From NCBI RefSeq assembly GCF_017876815.1, contig NZ_JAGIOS010000001.1, forward strand, positions 540,001-572,000: 32,000 nucleotides of DNA. The letters run 5' to 3'. Under the pieces are notes generated by a model. The model did no database searches and had not been told where the DNA came from. It worked only from the letters and a program-made list of their open reading frames with translations. Shown here piece by piece: positions 19,667-27,945 of the stretch (position 1 is its first letter; each line of letters starts with the position of its first letter). The stretch comes from Sinorhizobium meliloti. Its GTDB lineage: Bacteria; Pseudomonadota; Alphaproteobacteria; Rhizobiales; Rhizobiaceae. Both the position numbers and the translations under genes were made by a program.

Positions 19667-20851
19667 TCAGCCCTGGCCCGACTGCAGCAGGATTTCGATG
19701 CGCCGGTTCGCAGGCGCATAGGCATCGTTCGGCACCTGGAGTCGGCGGTCGGCAAAACCGCTGATCTGCTTCACGCGCTCTTCCTCCAGGCCGCCGCGCA
19801 CGAGCATGTAATAGGCGCTCTGGGCGCGTGCCGCCGAAAGGCGCCAATTGTCGTAGGTGCCATCCTTGAACGGCCGTCCATCGGTATGACCGCGAACCGC
19901 CACGGCGCCCGGGCGCTCGGCGAGCAGCCTGCCGATCTTCTCCATCGCGAGCACCAGCTCCTTTTGCGGCACGGCGGATCCGACCGCGAACATCGGCGCA
20001 TCCGTCTGCTCGCTGATCGTCACCAGAAGGCCGCCCTCGGCCGGGGTTACCGCCAGGCCTTCAAGGAGCCGCCCGGCCTCGCCGCCGAGTTCCTTTTCGA
20101 TTTCGGCCTTCAGGGCTTCGGCTTCCTTCTGCGGATTTTCAGCCGGCGCTTGGTTCTCGGGTGCGTCCGCGGCCTTTGCGCCCTCTGCCTTATCCGGCAC
20201 TTCCGGCGCGGAAGCCGCTTCGCGGGCGCTGTTTGCCGCTGACGCCACCTCGCTTTCGGCCGTGTTGCCTGCGTCCTTCACCTCGACCTGCTTGGTCCAG
20301 AAGTCCGGGTCGAAGGGATCGCGATACGCTTCGCCGCCGGCGGCGCCGGTTGAAGGGCCGGACTGGGCCGCGCCGCCGTCGCCCTTGACGCTGATATTCG
20401 CCTCGTGACCCACTTCGCGCGCGATTTCGGACAGGACCGAGTAGGGATTTTCGAAGAAGTCGGCGTCGGAATATTTGGTCTCTTCGCCCGAGGTCGCCGT
20501 CAGCTGATCGCCGGTCTTGGCCGAACCGCCCGACTTCGTCTGTTCGCCGTCAACCTTGGAGCGCTGCTGCGTCTGTTCGCCCTGCGCATCCTTGGCAGGA
20601 TCCTTGAGGCCCTTCTCGGCCGGCTTCTGATCGGTCAATTGCACCGGATTGAAATAGGCGGCGATCGCCGCCTTGGTCTCCTCGTTCGCGGCGTTGATCA
20701 GCCACATGACGAGGAAGAAGGCCATCATCGCCGTCATGAAGTCGGCATAGGCGATCTTCCACCCGCCGCCGTGATGGCCGTCGTGGCTGTCTGCCGAACG
20801 CCGGACGATGATGATTTCGTTCTTGCCGTTGTGATTGCTCTCGTCGTTCAT
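19667..20851 (-). CDS. motB: Flagellar stator protein MotB (long rhizobial form with OmpA-like C-terminus)
   Basis: Has the MotB plug/TM region (WKIAYADFMTAMMAFFLVMWL) and an OmpA-like peptidoglycan-binding C-terminus (VRGHTDGRPF...NWRLSAARAQSAYYML...NRRIEILL). ATG at 20851 overlaps the upstream stop (ATGA). Confidence 0.92.
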   Translation of the reverse strand: MNDESNHNGKNEIIIVRRSADSHDGHHGGGWKIAYADFMTAMMAFFLVMWLINAANEETKAAIAAYFNPVQLTDQKPAEKGLKDPAKDAQGEQTQQRSKVDGEQTKSGGSAKTGDQLTATSGEETKYSDADFFENPYSVLSEIAREVGHEANISVKGDGGAAQSGPSTGAAGGEAYRDPFDPDFWTKQVEVKDAGNTAESEVASAANSAREAASAPEVPDKAEGAKAADAPENQAPAENPQKEAEALKAEIEKELGGEAGRLLEGLAVTPAEGGLLVTISEQTDAPMFAVGSAVPQKELVLAMEKIGRLLAERPGAVAVRGHTDGRPFKDGTYDNWRLSAARAQSAYYMLVRGGLEEERVKQISGFADRRLQVPNDAYAPANRRIEILLQSGQG

Positions 20852-21495
20852 GCCAGAACCTTGCGAACAGTATCGGACCACGCAGCCATTCGCGTCACGA
20901 GTATCGCCTCGCCCATTTCGACGGTCAGGTCGACGTCACCGCTTTCGACGTGACGGAACGCGGCCGTTTCGGGTAAGAGGGCTTTCAATGCTTCGAAAAG
21001 CGCAAGCGGCCCCCGCACCGTAATCGCGATCCCTTCGCCGGCAGCGAGGCCGTGCCGGACCATGCCGGCCAGGTTCTCGACCGCGCGCTTGGCGAGCGCC
21101 TCGTCCATGACCGGAGCAAGGACGCGCGCCGCCTGGTCGCCGAGCGCGAGCGCCAGCCGATCCGCCATTTCGCCGAAACCGGCGGCGATCCTGGCGGCTG
21201 CCTGTTCCTCGAGGCGCTGCTTCAGGGCGTCGATCTCTTCTGCATGGCGCGCCTTGAGATCGGCGATCTCTTTCTGATGCTCGAGAGCGAGTTCGGCGCT
21301 GGCCTCGGCACGTCCCTGCGCAAAGGCTTCGCGGCGCTCGGCGTCGATATCGATCTCGGGCATGGCCGGCCTCGCACCGGCACGGTTCTCCGAAAGGCCG
21401 GTGTCGAGGTCCGGAAAATATCTCGGCGGCATCCGCGTGAGCTCGATCTTCGGCGGGCTGAAGTCCTTGAGATAGCGGGACAGCGACGCGCTCAT
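20848..21495 (-). CDS. FliH-like flagellar-cluster protein (215 aa; function inferred)
   Basis: ATG at 21495 is preceded by GGGAGG. It has a central coiled coil containing ERREAFAQGRAEA (a FliH-type E..F.QG motif) and a C-terminal block (ITVRGPLALFEALKALL...DVDLTVEMGEAILVTRMAAW). It is translationally coupled to motB. The 97-aa extension in the ORF track was rejected. Confidence 0.6.
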   Translation of the reverse strand: MSASLSRYLKDFSPPKIELTRMPPRYFPDLDTGLSENRAGARPAMPEIDIDAERREAFAQGRAEASAELALEHQKEIADLKARHAEEIDALKQRLEEQAAARIAAGFGEMADRLALALGDQAARVLAPVMDEALAKRAVENLAGMVRHGLAAGEGIAITVRGPLALFEALKALLPETAAFRHVESGDVDLTVEMGEAILVTRMAAWSDTVRKVLA

Positions 21496-21776
21496 CGGCA
21501 CGCCTCCCGGCTCACCCCGGCGAAGGCCGATATTGCCAGCCGCATCTGCGAAGGCTCGCTTGCGGCCCGGAAATCCATAGAGCCCGACACGTCTTGACCG
21601 TCTCCTTCGGCCCGTTCGCCCGAATAGCGACGGACCAGCATTCTTGATTCTGCAGCGCTTCGCGGAAGGCGAAAGCGCGATGCAAGCGGCAGCCGGAATG
21701 GTTTCCGGCCGGCAATTTCGAATATGACTGCGAAGGAAGGCTATCCGGTCAAACTTGTGCGAAGGTGTTGGACCGC

Positions 21777-21810
21777 GCCAGGGCAACAGCGCGGTCCAAC
21801 CTTTCTCCGA
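21777..21810 (-). terminator. flaC terminator-like hairpin
   Basis: A 12-bp perfect stem (GTTGGACCGCGC / GCGCGGTCCAAC) with a 10-nt loop, 41 nt downstream of the flaC stop. The U tract is weak. Confidence 0.6.
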
Positions 21811-21850
21811 CCGATGCCGATGACCGGCGGCACGGCGGAAAGCGTTGTCC

Positions 21851-22816
21851 TTACTCCTGGAACAGGCGGAGGATGTTCTCGGAGGTGGTGTTGGCGATCG
21901 ACAGCGACTGGATGCCGAGCTGCTGCTGCGTCTGCAGTGCCTTCAGCCGTGTCGATTCCTCGTTCATGTCGGCATCGACGAGACGCCCGACGCCTTTGTC
22001 GATCACATCCATCAGATTGGCGACGAAGCTTTCCTGCATCTCGATGCGGCTGGTGATCGCACCGAGCGTGGCGGCGGAGTCGGTCAGCTGACTGATGAGC
22101 TCGTCGACGACGCTGATCATGTCGCCCAGCTGCGCACCGGTCGTTGCGTTGTCGATCTCGATCTCGGTCGCGCCCCCGGGAGCTGCGCCTGCATCGATGA
22201 GATAGTAATTGCGGGCCGTGCCGGTCGGAGTGGATTGAAGCGCGTCCGCGTCCACGGCCTTGGTGAGCATGCCGCGGCTTGGATCGGTAACATCGATCAG
22301 AACGGACTTGGCGGTGTCGTAATTGAGCGTCGACACGGTAACGCTGCCGTCGGCGCTGCGGTTGAAGGAGGCGACGATCGATTTGGTGCCCAGTGCTGCA
22401 GCAGCACCGTTATAGAGCCAGTTCTCGCCGGAGAAGGAGGCGGACTGCGCGGCCGAGTTCAACTGGCTCTTGAGCTCGGCCACTTCCTTATTGATCTTAT
22501 CCTTGTCGACGCCCGGCTCGCTTGCCGCGACGAGCTTGGCCTTGATCTCGGTCATCACGTCGATGACCGTATCCATCGCCGAATAGAACGTATCGACCTT
22601 GGCGGCGCCGAGGCCCAAGGCGTCGTGGACCGTCGACAACGCGGCATTGTCCGACCGCATCGTGGTTGCGATGGACCAATAGGCGGCATTGTCGGCCGCG
22701 GTTTCCACGCGAAAGCCGGAGGAGATGCGGCCCTGAGTCGTCTCGAGATTATGGTTGATCGCGCGCAATGTCTGCAACGCTGCCATGGCGGCGGGGTTGG
22801 TCATGATGCTGGTCAT
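21851..22816 (-). CDS. flaC: Flagellin, short paralogue (321 aa)
   Basis: Flagellin N-terminus (MTSIMTNPAAMAALQTLRAINHNLETTQGRISSG) and C-terminus (LVDADMNEESTRLKALQTQQQLGIQSLSIAN). The central domain is shorter than in the other three paralogues. Confidence 0.93.
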   Translation of the reverse strand: MTSIMTNPAAMAALQTLRAINHNLETTQGRISSGFRVETAADNAAYWSIATTMRSDNAALSTVHDALGLGAAKVDTFYSAMDTVIDVMTEIKAKLVAASEPGVDKDKINKEVAELKSQLNSAAQSASFSGENWLYNGAAAALGTKSIVASFNRSADGSVTVSTLNYDTAKSVLIDVTDPSRGMLTKAVDADALQSTPTGTARNYYLIDAGAAPGGATEIEIDNATTGAQLGDMISVVDELISQLTDSAATLGAITSRIEMQESFVANLMDVIDKGVGRLVDADMNEESTRLKALQTQQQLGIQSLSIANTTSENILRLFQE

Positions 22817-22860
22817 TGGTGGTCACCCTGGGGCGCTATGCTGCCCTGGTTGGGGAAATC

Positions 22861-22910
22861 GGACCATTCCGGAAAGCCGGCTACGACGGTGAGGCGTCAT
22901 GCGCGCTAAC
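22861..22910 (-). promoter_or_regulatory. Conserved flagellin leader/promoter module (flaC copy)
   Basis: On the sense strand: GTTAGCGCGCATGACGCC ... GCCGGCTTTCCGGAATGGTCC. The same order of elements is found upstream of flaA, flaB and flaD. Confidence 0.5.
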
Positions 22911-23051
22911 ACCTTTTTGCCCTGGGTGACAGACCGCCGTTCTTAACGAACCATTAACGGAAATGGTTAAGAAGAAGTTAACGGCGTCAACGAGTCGGTA
23001 ATCAAGGTGAAGAATTCGTTAAAGCGGCCAGCCTGGCGCAAGCTCTATACG

Positions 23052-23084
23052 AAAACCCGCAGCCCCTTCCAGGACCGCGGGTTG
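23052..23084 (-). terminator. flaD intrinsic terminator
   Basis: On the sense strand: AACCCGCGGTCC-loop-GGGGCTGCGGGTT followed by TTTCG. It lies ~47 nt after the flaD stop. Confidence 0.7.
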
Positions 23085-23130
23085 TTCTCCTTCAGAGCGG
23101 GACGAAGCCGCCCCCTAGCCGGGGCGCCGC

Positions 23131-24318
23131 TTACTGACGGAAGAGCTGGAGGATGTTTTCCGAATTGGTGTTGGCGATCGACAGCGACTGGATGGCAAGC
23201 TGCTGCTGTGTCTGCAGTGCCTTGAGCCTGGTCGATTCTTCGTTCATGTCGGCGTCGACAAGGCGGCCGATGCCCGAGTCGATCGAGTCGGTGAGCTTCG
23301 ATACGAACTCTTCCTGCATGCCGATGCGCATGGAAATCGAGCCCAGCGCCGATGTGGCGCTGATCAGATCCTCGAGCGCTTCGTCGACGCCCCTGATCAG
23401 CGCGTCGAGGTTTGCTGCCTGCGCGGCGTTGGTGATGTCGATATTCTCGATCGAGGCAGGTGCAGGTACGCTGGCAGCCGGGCCGGCGGTTGTGTCTACG
23501 GCCCAGGAATCGGCGGTGATGGGTGCTGCAGCGGTCGTCACGGCAGCGACTTCCTGACCCGGTGCACCGGATGATGCAACCGCTTCGACCCAAACGCCCT
23601 CAACCTTTACATAGTTCACACCTCCGGCAAGGGCGTAGTTGCCCTGGAATACCGCGCCGCCGGCGATGAGGTCGTCAACGGTGTAGGCCGCCACCGTATG
23701 CTCGGATACGACGCCGCCGGTGTTGATCGAAAGCGTGACGCTGGACTCGGAGACATCATAAACCTTGTCCAGAATCCCGTTGTTGCCAACGGTATCGAAG
23801 AGGACGGAGTTGCCGTCGAGAACATAGTCGATCGTCTTTACGGACACGACGCCCGAGGAATCGCGGACGAAAGAACCGACAACGCTCTTCGTGACGGGCG
23901 CAGTTAGATCCGCCTGGAGCCAGTTCTCGCCACTGAAGGAAGCGGCCGTTGCTATGCTCGTCAGCTGTTGCTTGAGCTGTTCGATCTCTTCCTGAATCTT
24001 GGCCTTATCGACACCGTCTTCGGTGGCAGCGACGAGCTTGGCGCGAATTTCCTTCACCACCTCGACGGCATTCTCCATCCCGGCATAGGCCGTGTCGACC
24101 TTGGCCGCACCGAGACCCAGGGCATCCTGAACGGCGGAAAGCGCCATGTTGTCCGATCGCATCGTGGTGGCGATCGACCAGTAGGCAGCGTTATCCGAAG
24201 CCGTGCCGACGCGGAGGCCCGAGGACACGCGAGCCTGCGTTTCCTCCATGTTGGAGTCGATACCGCGCAGGGTCTGGAGTGCAGCCATCGCTGCAACATT
24301 GGTGAGAATGCTGGTCAT
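23131..24318 (-). CDS. flaD: Flagellin (395 aa)
   Basis: MTSILTNVAAMAALQTLRGIDSNMEETQARVSSGLRVGTASDNAAYWSIATTMRSDN at the N-terminus and GRLVDADMNEESTRLKALQTQQQLAIQSLSIAN at the C-terminus. It is third in the flagellin array. Confidence 0.93.
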   Translation of the reverse strand: MTSILTNVAAMAALQTLRGIDSNMEETQARVSSGLRVGTASDNAAYWSIATTMRSDNMALSAVQDALGLGAAKVDTAYAGMENAVEVVKEIRAKLVAATEDGVDKAKIQEEIEQLKQQLTSIATAASFSGENWLQADLTAPVTKSVVGSFVRDSSGVVSVKTIDYVLDGNSVLFDTVGNNGILDKVYDVSESSVTLSINTGGVVSEHTVAAYTVDDLIAGGAVFQGNYALAGGVNYVKVEGVWVEAVASSGAPGQEVAAVTTAAAPITADSWAVDTTAGPAASVPAPASIENIDITNAAQAANLDALIRGVDEALEDLISATSALGSISMRIGMQEEFVSKLTDSIDSGIGRLVDADMNEESTRLKALQTQQQLAIQSLSIANTNSENILQLFRQ

Positions 24319-24347
24319 TACGGGCCCCTTTGAATGGCTAGTTGGAA

Positions 24348-24400
24348 AGGGACATCCCGGCTGCCCCGGGGGAACGAACGCGAGGCATCATGCCGTTAAC
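24348..24400 (-). promoter_or_regulatory. Conserved flagellin leader/promoter module (flaD copy)
   Basis: On the sense strand: GTTAACGGCATGATGCC ... CCCGGGGCAGCCGGGATGTCCC. The plus-strand GGAC begins 32 nt above the ATG coordinate, exactly as for flaA and flaB. Confidence 0.55.
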
Positions 24401-24490
24401 CCCTTCTTCGTCTTGGTTAACCGTTCGTTGCGTTGAGCCCAGTTAGCGCAGTTATGGTTAACAAAGGTTAAACGGCTATTCGCCGATGGA

Positions 24491-26320
24491 TCGGCATAGG
24501 GGGCGGTCGTTATGACCGCGCCCCTGCCACACCACCCGGCATGCGGGTCCGCACCGGGCGGTTCGAAGAGTTGAGGTCAGGCGAGGCGGGGGATACGGAG
24601 GGCATCCATCCACCTGAGGGTTAGGACCGAATTGAGCAACATGCCGCTGTTGCGCCACCATCTGCGGCTGTTGGCCGCGACCTGCCGTGCCACTTCGGGC
24701 TTGGCGCCCTTGGCAAGCAGGGCCTTGTAGGTGGTCTTGCCACGCTTCCAGTGCTTGAGCTGGGTCGCTCGCACCCGGTGACGCATCCACTCCTCCAGCT
24801 CCTTGAAGTGCCTTGGAGTTTGTGCCAGCCGGAAGTAGGCTTTCCAACCCAGAACATAGACGCGCAGGCGCTCGGCCATTTCCGCCATGCTGCGCCCGCC
24901 CGAACGGCGGGTCAGTTGCCGGACGCGGCGCTTGAACGCCTTGAGCGGCTTGTCGGCCACCCTGCGCTTGACCGCGCCATCCCGGCCCCGCCAGAAGCTG
25001 AAGCCGAGGAACTTGCGGCCAAACACACTGGTAACCGCGCTCTTACCCTCGTTGATCGTCAGGTGCAGCCGTCAGTAAAGCCGCCGCAGAAGCGCCATGA
25101 CCCGTTCGCCGCCTTGCGGCTGCCAACGTAAACGTTGCAGTCGTCCGCATAGCGCACGAAGCAATGGCCCCGGCGTTCCAGTTCCTTATCCACCTCATCG
25201 AGCAGCACATTGGCCAGAAGCGGCGACAGCGGCCCGCCTTGCGGCGTGCCCATCACCCGCTCCTGGACCACGCCATGGTCCATGATGCCGCTGTTCAGAT
25301 AGGCCCGGATCAGGCGGATAACCCGCTTGTCCGATATCCGTTTGCTGAGGCGGTCGATCAGGATGTCGTGGTTGACCCGGTCGAAGAACTTCTCCAGGTC
25401 GACGTCCACGACAATTCGCCGGCCCGATTGCACAAGGGATTGCGCCGCAAGCACGGCCCCATGCGCACTGCGGCCCGGACGGAAGCCGTGGCTGTGCTCG
25501 CTGAAAGCGGGATCAAGGAGCGGCTGCAGCACTTGCAGCAGCGCCTGCTGGATCAAGCGATCCGTCACCGTCGGGATGCCGAGCTCGCGCTCGCCGCCAT
25601 CCGGTTTCGGGATCGTCACCCGTCGCACCGGCATCGGCCGGTACGTTCTCGCCAGAACCCGTTCGCGGATGCCAGGCCACGACGTGCGCAGATGAGCCGC
25701 GGTCGCCTCGATGGACAGACCGTCCGCACCAGCCGCGCCCTTGTTGGCCTTCACCCGTTTCCAGGCTCTTTGCAGGTTCTCGCGCGCCAGGGCCGCTTCC
25801 AGCAGCCCCGGCCCTGTGCTCTGCGCGTCACAGCGCGGGCAGGTCGCTTCATCGCTGCCCGGTTCAGACAGGGCTTCACCCTGTCTCCTCCCGGACCGCC
25901 CCGCTCTCGCGGGCATCTGATGCCTGGCTTCCTGCATCGCTATGCCTCAAGCACTCCTCTTCGTTCGGTCCTTCGCCGCGGATACGGCTACTACGACCTC
26001 TGCTGACTTCTCGCTCCGGCTCGACACCGTCGCCCTTTCAGGCGCAAGGCGAGATCTCCCCGGGTAAGAACGCATTCCTTCACCGCACTACCGCCGGATC
26101 TACGCCGCCGCCCCTTGGTCACGAGAGCTTCGCGGTTCATGGCCCGCTCGCCCTGGTCGGCACCGCCTCATATCCGGTTCTTGTTCATCGGCACGCGGTT
26201 TACGCTCCACGCTTCCTCCCCACGCTCGGTCACCCTCACGCAGTTGCGCTTCACTTCACTCGCTGTGACCAGCTCGTGGCGGGACTTCCACCCGCAGGAA
26301 TGCGCCCATGCCGGGCGCAC
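24491..26320 (-). mobile_element. Group II intron (~1830 nt), probably bacterial class C-like, with a degenerate IEP
   Basis: The 5' end is GTGCGCCCGG on the minus strand, starting at 26320. A domain V-like 32-34 nt hairpin with a 2-nt bulge lies at 24532-24563. A domain VI-like stem at 24494-24529 has a bulged A (24498) 7 nt from a 3' end reading ...GCCGAT. An RT/maturase ORF lies in between. Only ~380 nt precede the ORF and ~86 nt follow it, which is a compact ribozyme. Confidence 0.8.
24577..25937 (-). pseudogene. Group II intron-encoded reverse transcriptase/maturase, disrupted
   Basis: RT blocks are present (RRVTIPKPDGGERELGIPTVTDRLIQQA, SHGFRPGRSAHGAV, VVDVDLEKFFDRVNHD, GTPQGGPLSPLLANV, RYADDCNVYV), followed by a maturase X domain (GWKAYFRLAQ...WMRHRVRATQLKHWKR). 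The two halves are in different frames. The maturase frame also carries a TGA at 25072-25074, within RVMALLRRLY*RLHLTINEGKSAV. Confidence 0.8.
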
Positions 26321-26327
26321 AACGAGG

Positions 26328-26358
26328 AAGGGGCCACGCTTGATGAGCGCGGCCCCTT
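26328..26358 (-). terminator. flaB terminator hairpin (group II intron insertion landmark)
   Basis: On the sense strand: AAGGGGCCGCGC-TCATCAA-GCGTGGCCCCTT, a 12-bp stem including one G-U pair, ~56 nt after the flaB stop. The intron 5' end lies 7 nt downstream (CCTCGTT|GTGCG). Confidence 0.7.
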
Positions 26359-26414
26359 TGAAGGTTCGAACAGGGTGGCAGTCGCTCAATTCGCGACCAC
26401 CTTTCCGAGTCTGA

Positions 26415-27602
26415 TTAGCGGAAGAGCGTGAGGACGTTTTCCGAAGCCGAGTTGGCGATCGACAGCGACTGGATGGCGAGCTGCTGCTGGGTCTGCAGGG
26501 CCTTCAGGCGGGTCGATTCTTCGTTCATGTCCGCGTCGACGAGACGGCCGACGCCCGAATCGATCGAGTCCGAAAGCTTGTTGACGAAATCGCTCTGCAG
26601 GTCGATACGCATGGCGATCGAGCCGAGGTCGGCGGCCGCGCTCGTCATGTCCGTCAACGCGGCGTCGACACCGCTGATCAGGGCATCGAGCGCAGCTGCA
26701 CCCATTCCGACGATGTTGATTCCGGCAACGGACTGCCCGGCCGAAACGTTGGCGGCAGGGGCGTTGCCGACATCGACGACCCAGCTGTCTGCGGTGATGG
26801 TACCAGCTGCCGTCGTGGTGGCGGCAAGCTCCTGACCGGTGGCACCGGTTGCGGCCGTTTCAGCCCGAACCCAGACGTTGTCGACCTTGACGTAGCTGTT
26901 ACCGCCCTGAAGAGCGTAGTTGCCCTGGAATTCCGCGCCGGCCTGGGTAAGGGATTCCAGCGAATAGGCAGCAACCGTGTGCTGGGATGCGACACCGTTC
27001 GTGTTGATCGTCAGCGTGACACTTGCCTGCGAGACGTTGTAGACCTTGTCCAGGATGCCGGTGTTACCCACCGTATCAAACAGAACCGAGTTGGTGTTGA
27101 GGCTGTAGTCGACCTTCTTCACGGACACGGCGCCGCTTGCGTCACGGACGAACGAGCCGACGACGCTCTTGGTGACGGCGCCTCCGCTGAGGTCCGCCTG
27201 CAGCCAGTTTTCGCCCGAGAACGAAGCGGCCTCGGAAATGCTCGTCAGCTGATCCTTGAGCTGATCGATTTCTTCCTGGATCTTGGCCTTGTCGACGCCG
27301 TCTTCGGTAGCGGCAACGAGTTTTTTCTTGATTTCCTTCACGACTTCGATGGCCGATTCCATACCGGAATAGGCGGTATCAACCTTGGCAGCGCCGAGGC
27401 CGAGGGCGTCCTGTACGGCCGAAAGGGCCATGTTATCGGAGCGCATGGTGGTCGCGATCGACCAGTAGGCGGCGTTGTCAGCGGCCTGGCCGACGCGCAG
27501 ACCGGAGGAGACATGCGCCTGCGTCTCTTCCATGTTGGAGCCGATGGTGCGCAGGGTCTGGAGAGCGGCCATTGCCGCAATGTTAGTGAGAATGCTCGTC
27601 AT
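26415..27602 (-). CDS. flaB: Flagellin (395 aa)
   Basis: MTSILTNIAAMAALQTLRTIGSNMEETQAHVSSGLRVGQAADNAAYWSIATTMRSDN at the N-terminus, plus the conserved flagellin C-terminus. The central region is close to that of flaA. Confidence 0.93.
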   Translation of the reverse strand: MTSILTNIAAMAALQTLRTIGSNMEETQAHVSSGLRVGQAADNAAYWSIATTMRSDNMALSAVQDALGLGAAKVDTAYSGMESAIEVVKEIKKKLVAATEDGVDKAKIQEEIDQLKDQLTSISEAASFSGENWLQADLSGGAVTKSVVGSFVRDASGAVSVKKVDYSLNTNSVLFDTVGNTGILDKVYNVSQASVTLTINTNGVASQHTVAAYSLESLTQAGAEFQGNYALQGGNSYVKVDNVWVRAETAATGATGQELAATTTAAGTITADSWVVDVGNAPAANVSAGQSVAGINIVGMGAAALDALISGVDAALTDMTSAAADLGSIAMRIDLQSDFVNKLSDSIDSGVGRLVDADMNEESTRLKALQTQQQLAIQSLSIANSASENVLTLFR

Positions 27603-27632
27603 GGTTTAGTGCCCCTTGATGGCTGATGAGAA

Positions 27633-27684
27633 GGGACATTCCGGTTCCACCGGCGAAAGACGGTCAACGTCATGCTTGCTAACC
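27633..27684 (-). promoter_or_regulatory. Conserved flagellin leader/promoter module (flaB copy)
   Basis: On the sense strand: GGTTAGCAAGCATGACGTT ... CCGGTGGAACCGGAATGTCCC. The spacing to the ATG is the same as for flaA and flaD. Confidence 0.55.
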
Positions 27685-27859
27685 AGCTGTTATTGCTGAA
27701 GTTAGCCCGTCCTTTCGATGGGTCTAGATAATCTCAGGTTGGTTAATGAAGCACTAAGCGCGAGAGAGATTTTGCGTAAATTTTTCAACCCATGCGCGTG
27801 CGCGCGTGCCATAGCATGTTTAAGAAATGGTGAAGCACGACTTCGCGACGAGACAATGC

Positions 27860-27890
27860 AAAAAACCGCGCTCGATCTCCGGGCGCGGTT
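27860..27890 (-). terminator. flaA rho-independent terminator
   Basis: On the sense strand: AACCGCGC-loop-GCGCGGTT followed by TTTTGC. A second 8-bp hairpin (GCAGGCAA/TTGCCTGC) lies at 27905-27924, immediately after the stop. Confidence 0.8.
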
Positions 27891-27945
27891 CGAAGGAAGC
27901 GGACGCAGGCAAAAGCTTGCCTGCATCCGGCTATTGCATATCTTC

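Noticed and set aside
11777-20953. Other long plus-strand ORFs across the regulon (11777-12760, 14047-14751, 15445-16197, 16881-18095, 17527-18291, 19157-20242, 20405-20953)
   Set aside because: All are antisense to confidently identified flagellar or motility genes, and all have the biased composition of GC-rich antisense frames.
24577-25937. Whether the reverse transcriptase could belong to a retron, DGR or RT-based defence system
   Set aside because: It has a C-terminal group II maturase (X) domain. It is embedded in RNA with a GUGCG 5' end and domain V/VI-like structures. It has no adjacent effector gene, template or variable repeat, or msr/msd-like inverted repeats. A group II intron explains it fully.
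25971-25975. Candidate EBS1 (sense AACGA) complementary to the last 5'-exon nucleotides (UCGUU)
   Set aside because: A 5-nt match is expected by chance. It also lies ~346 nt into the intron, probably beyond domain I. It cannot be assigned without a secondary-structure model.
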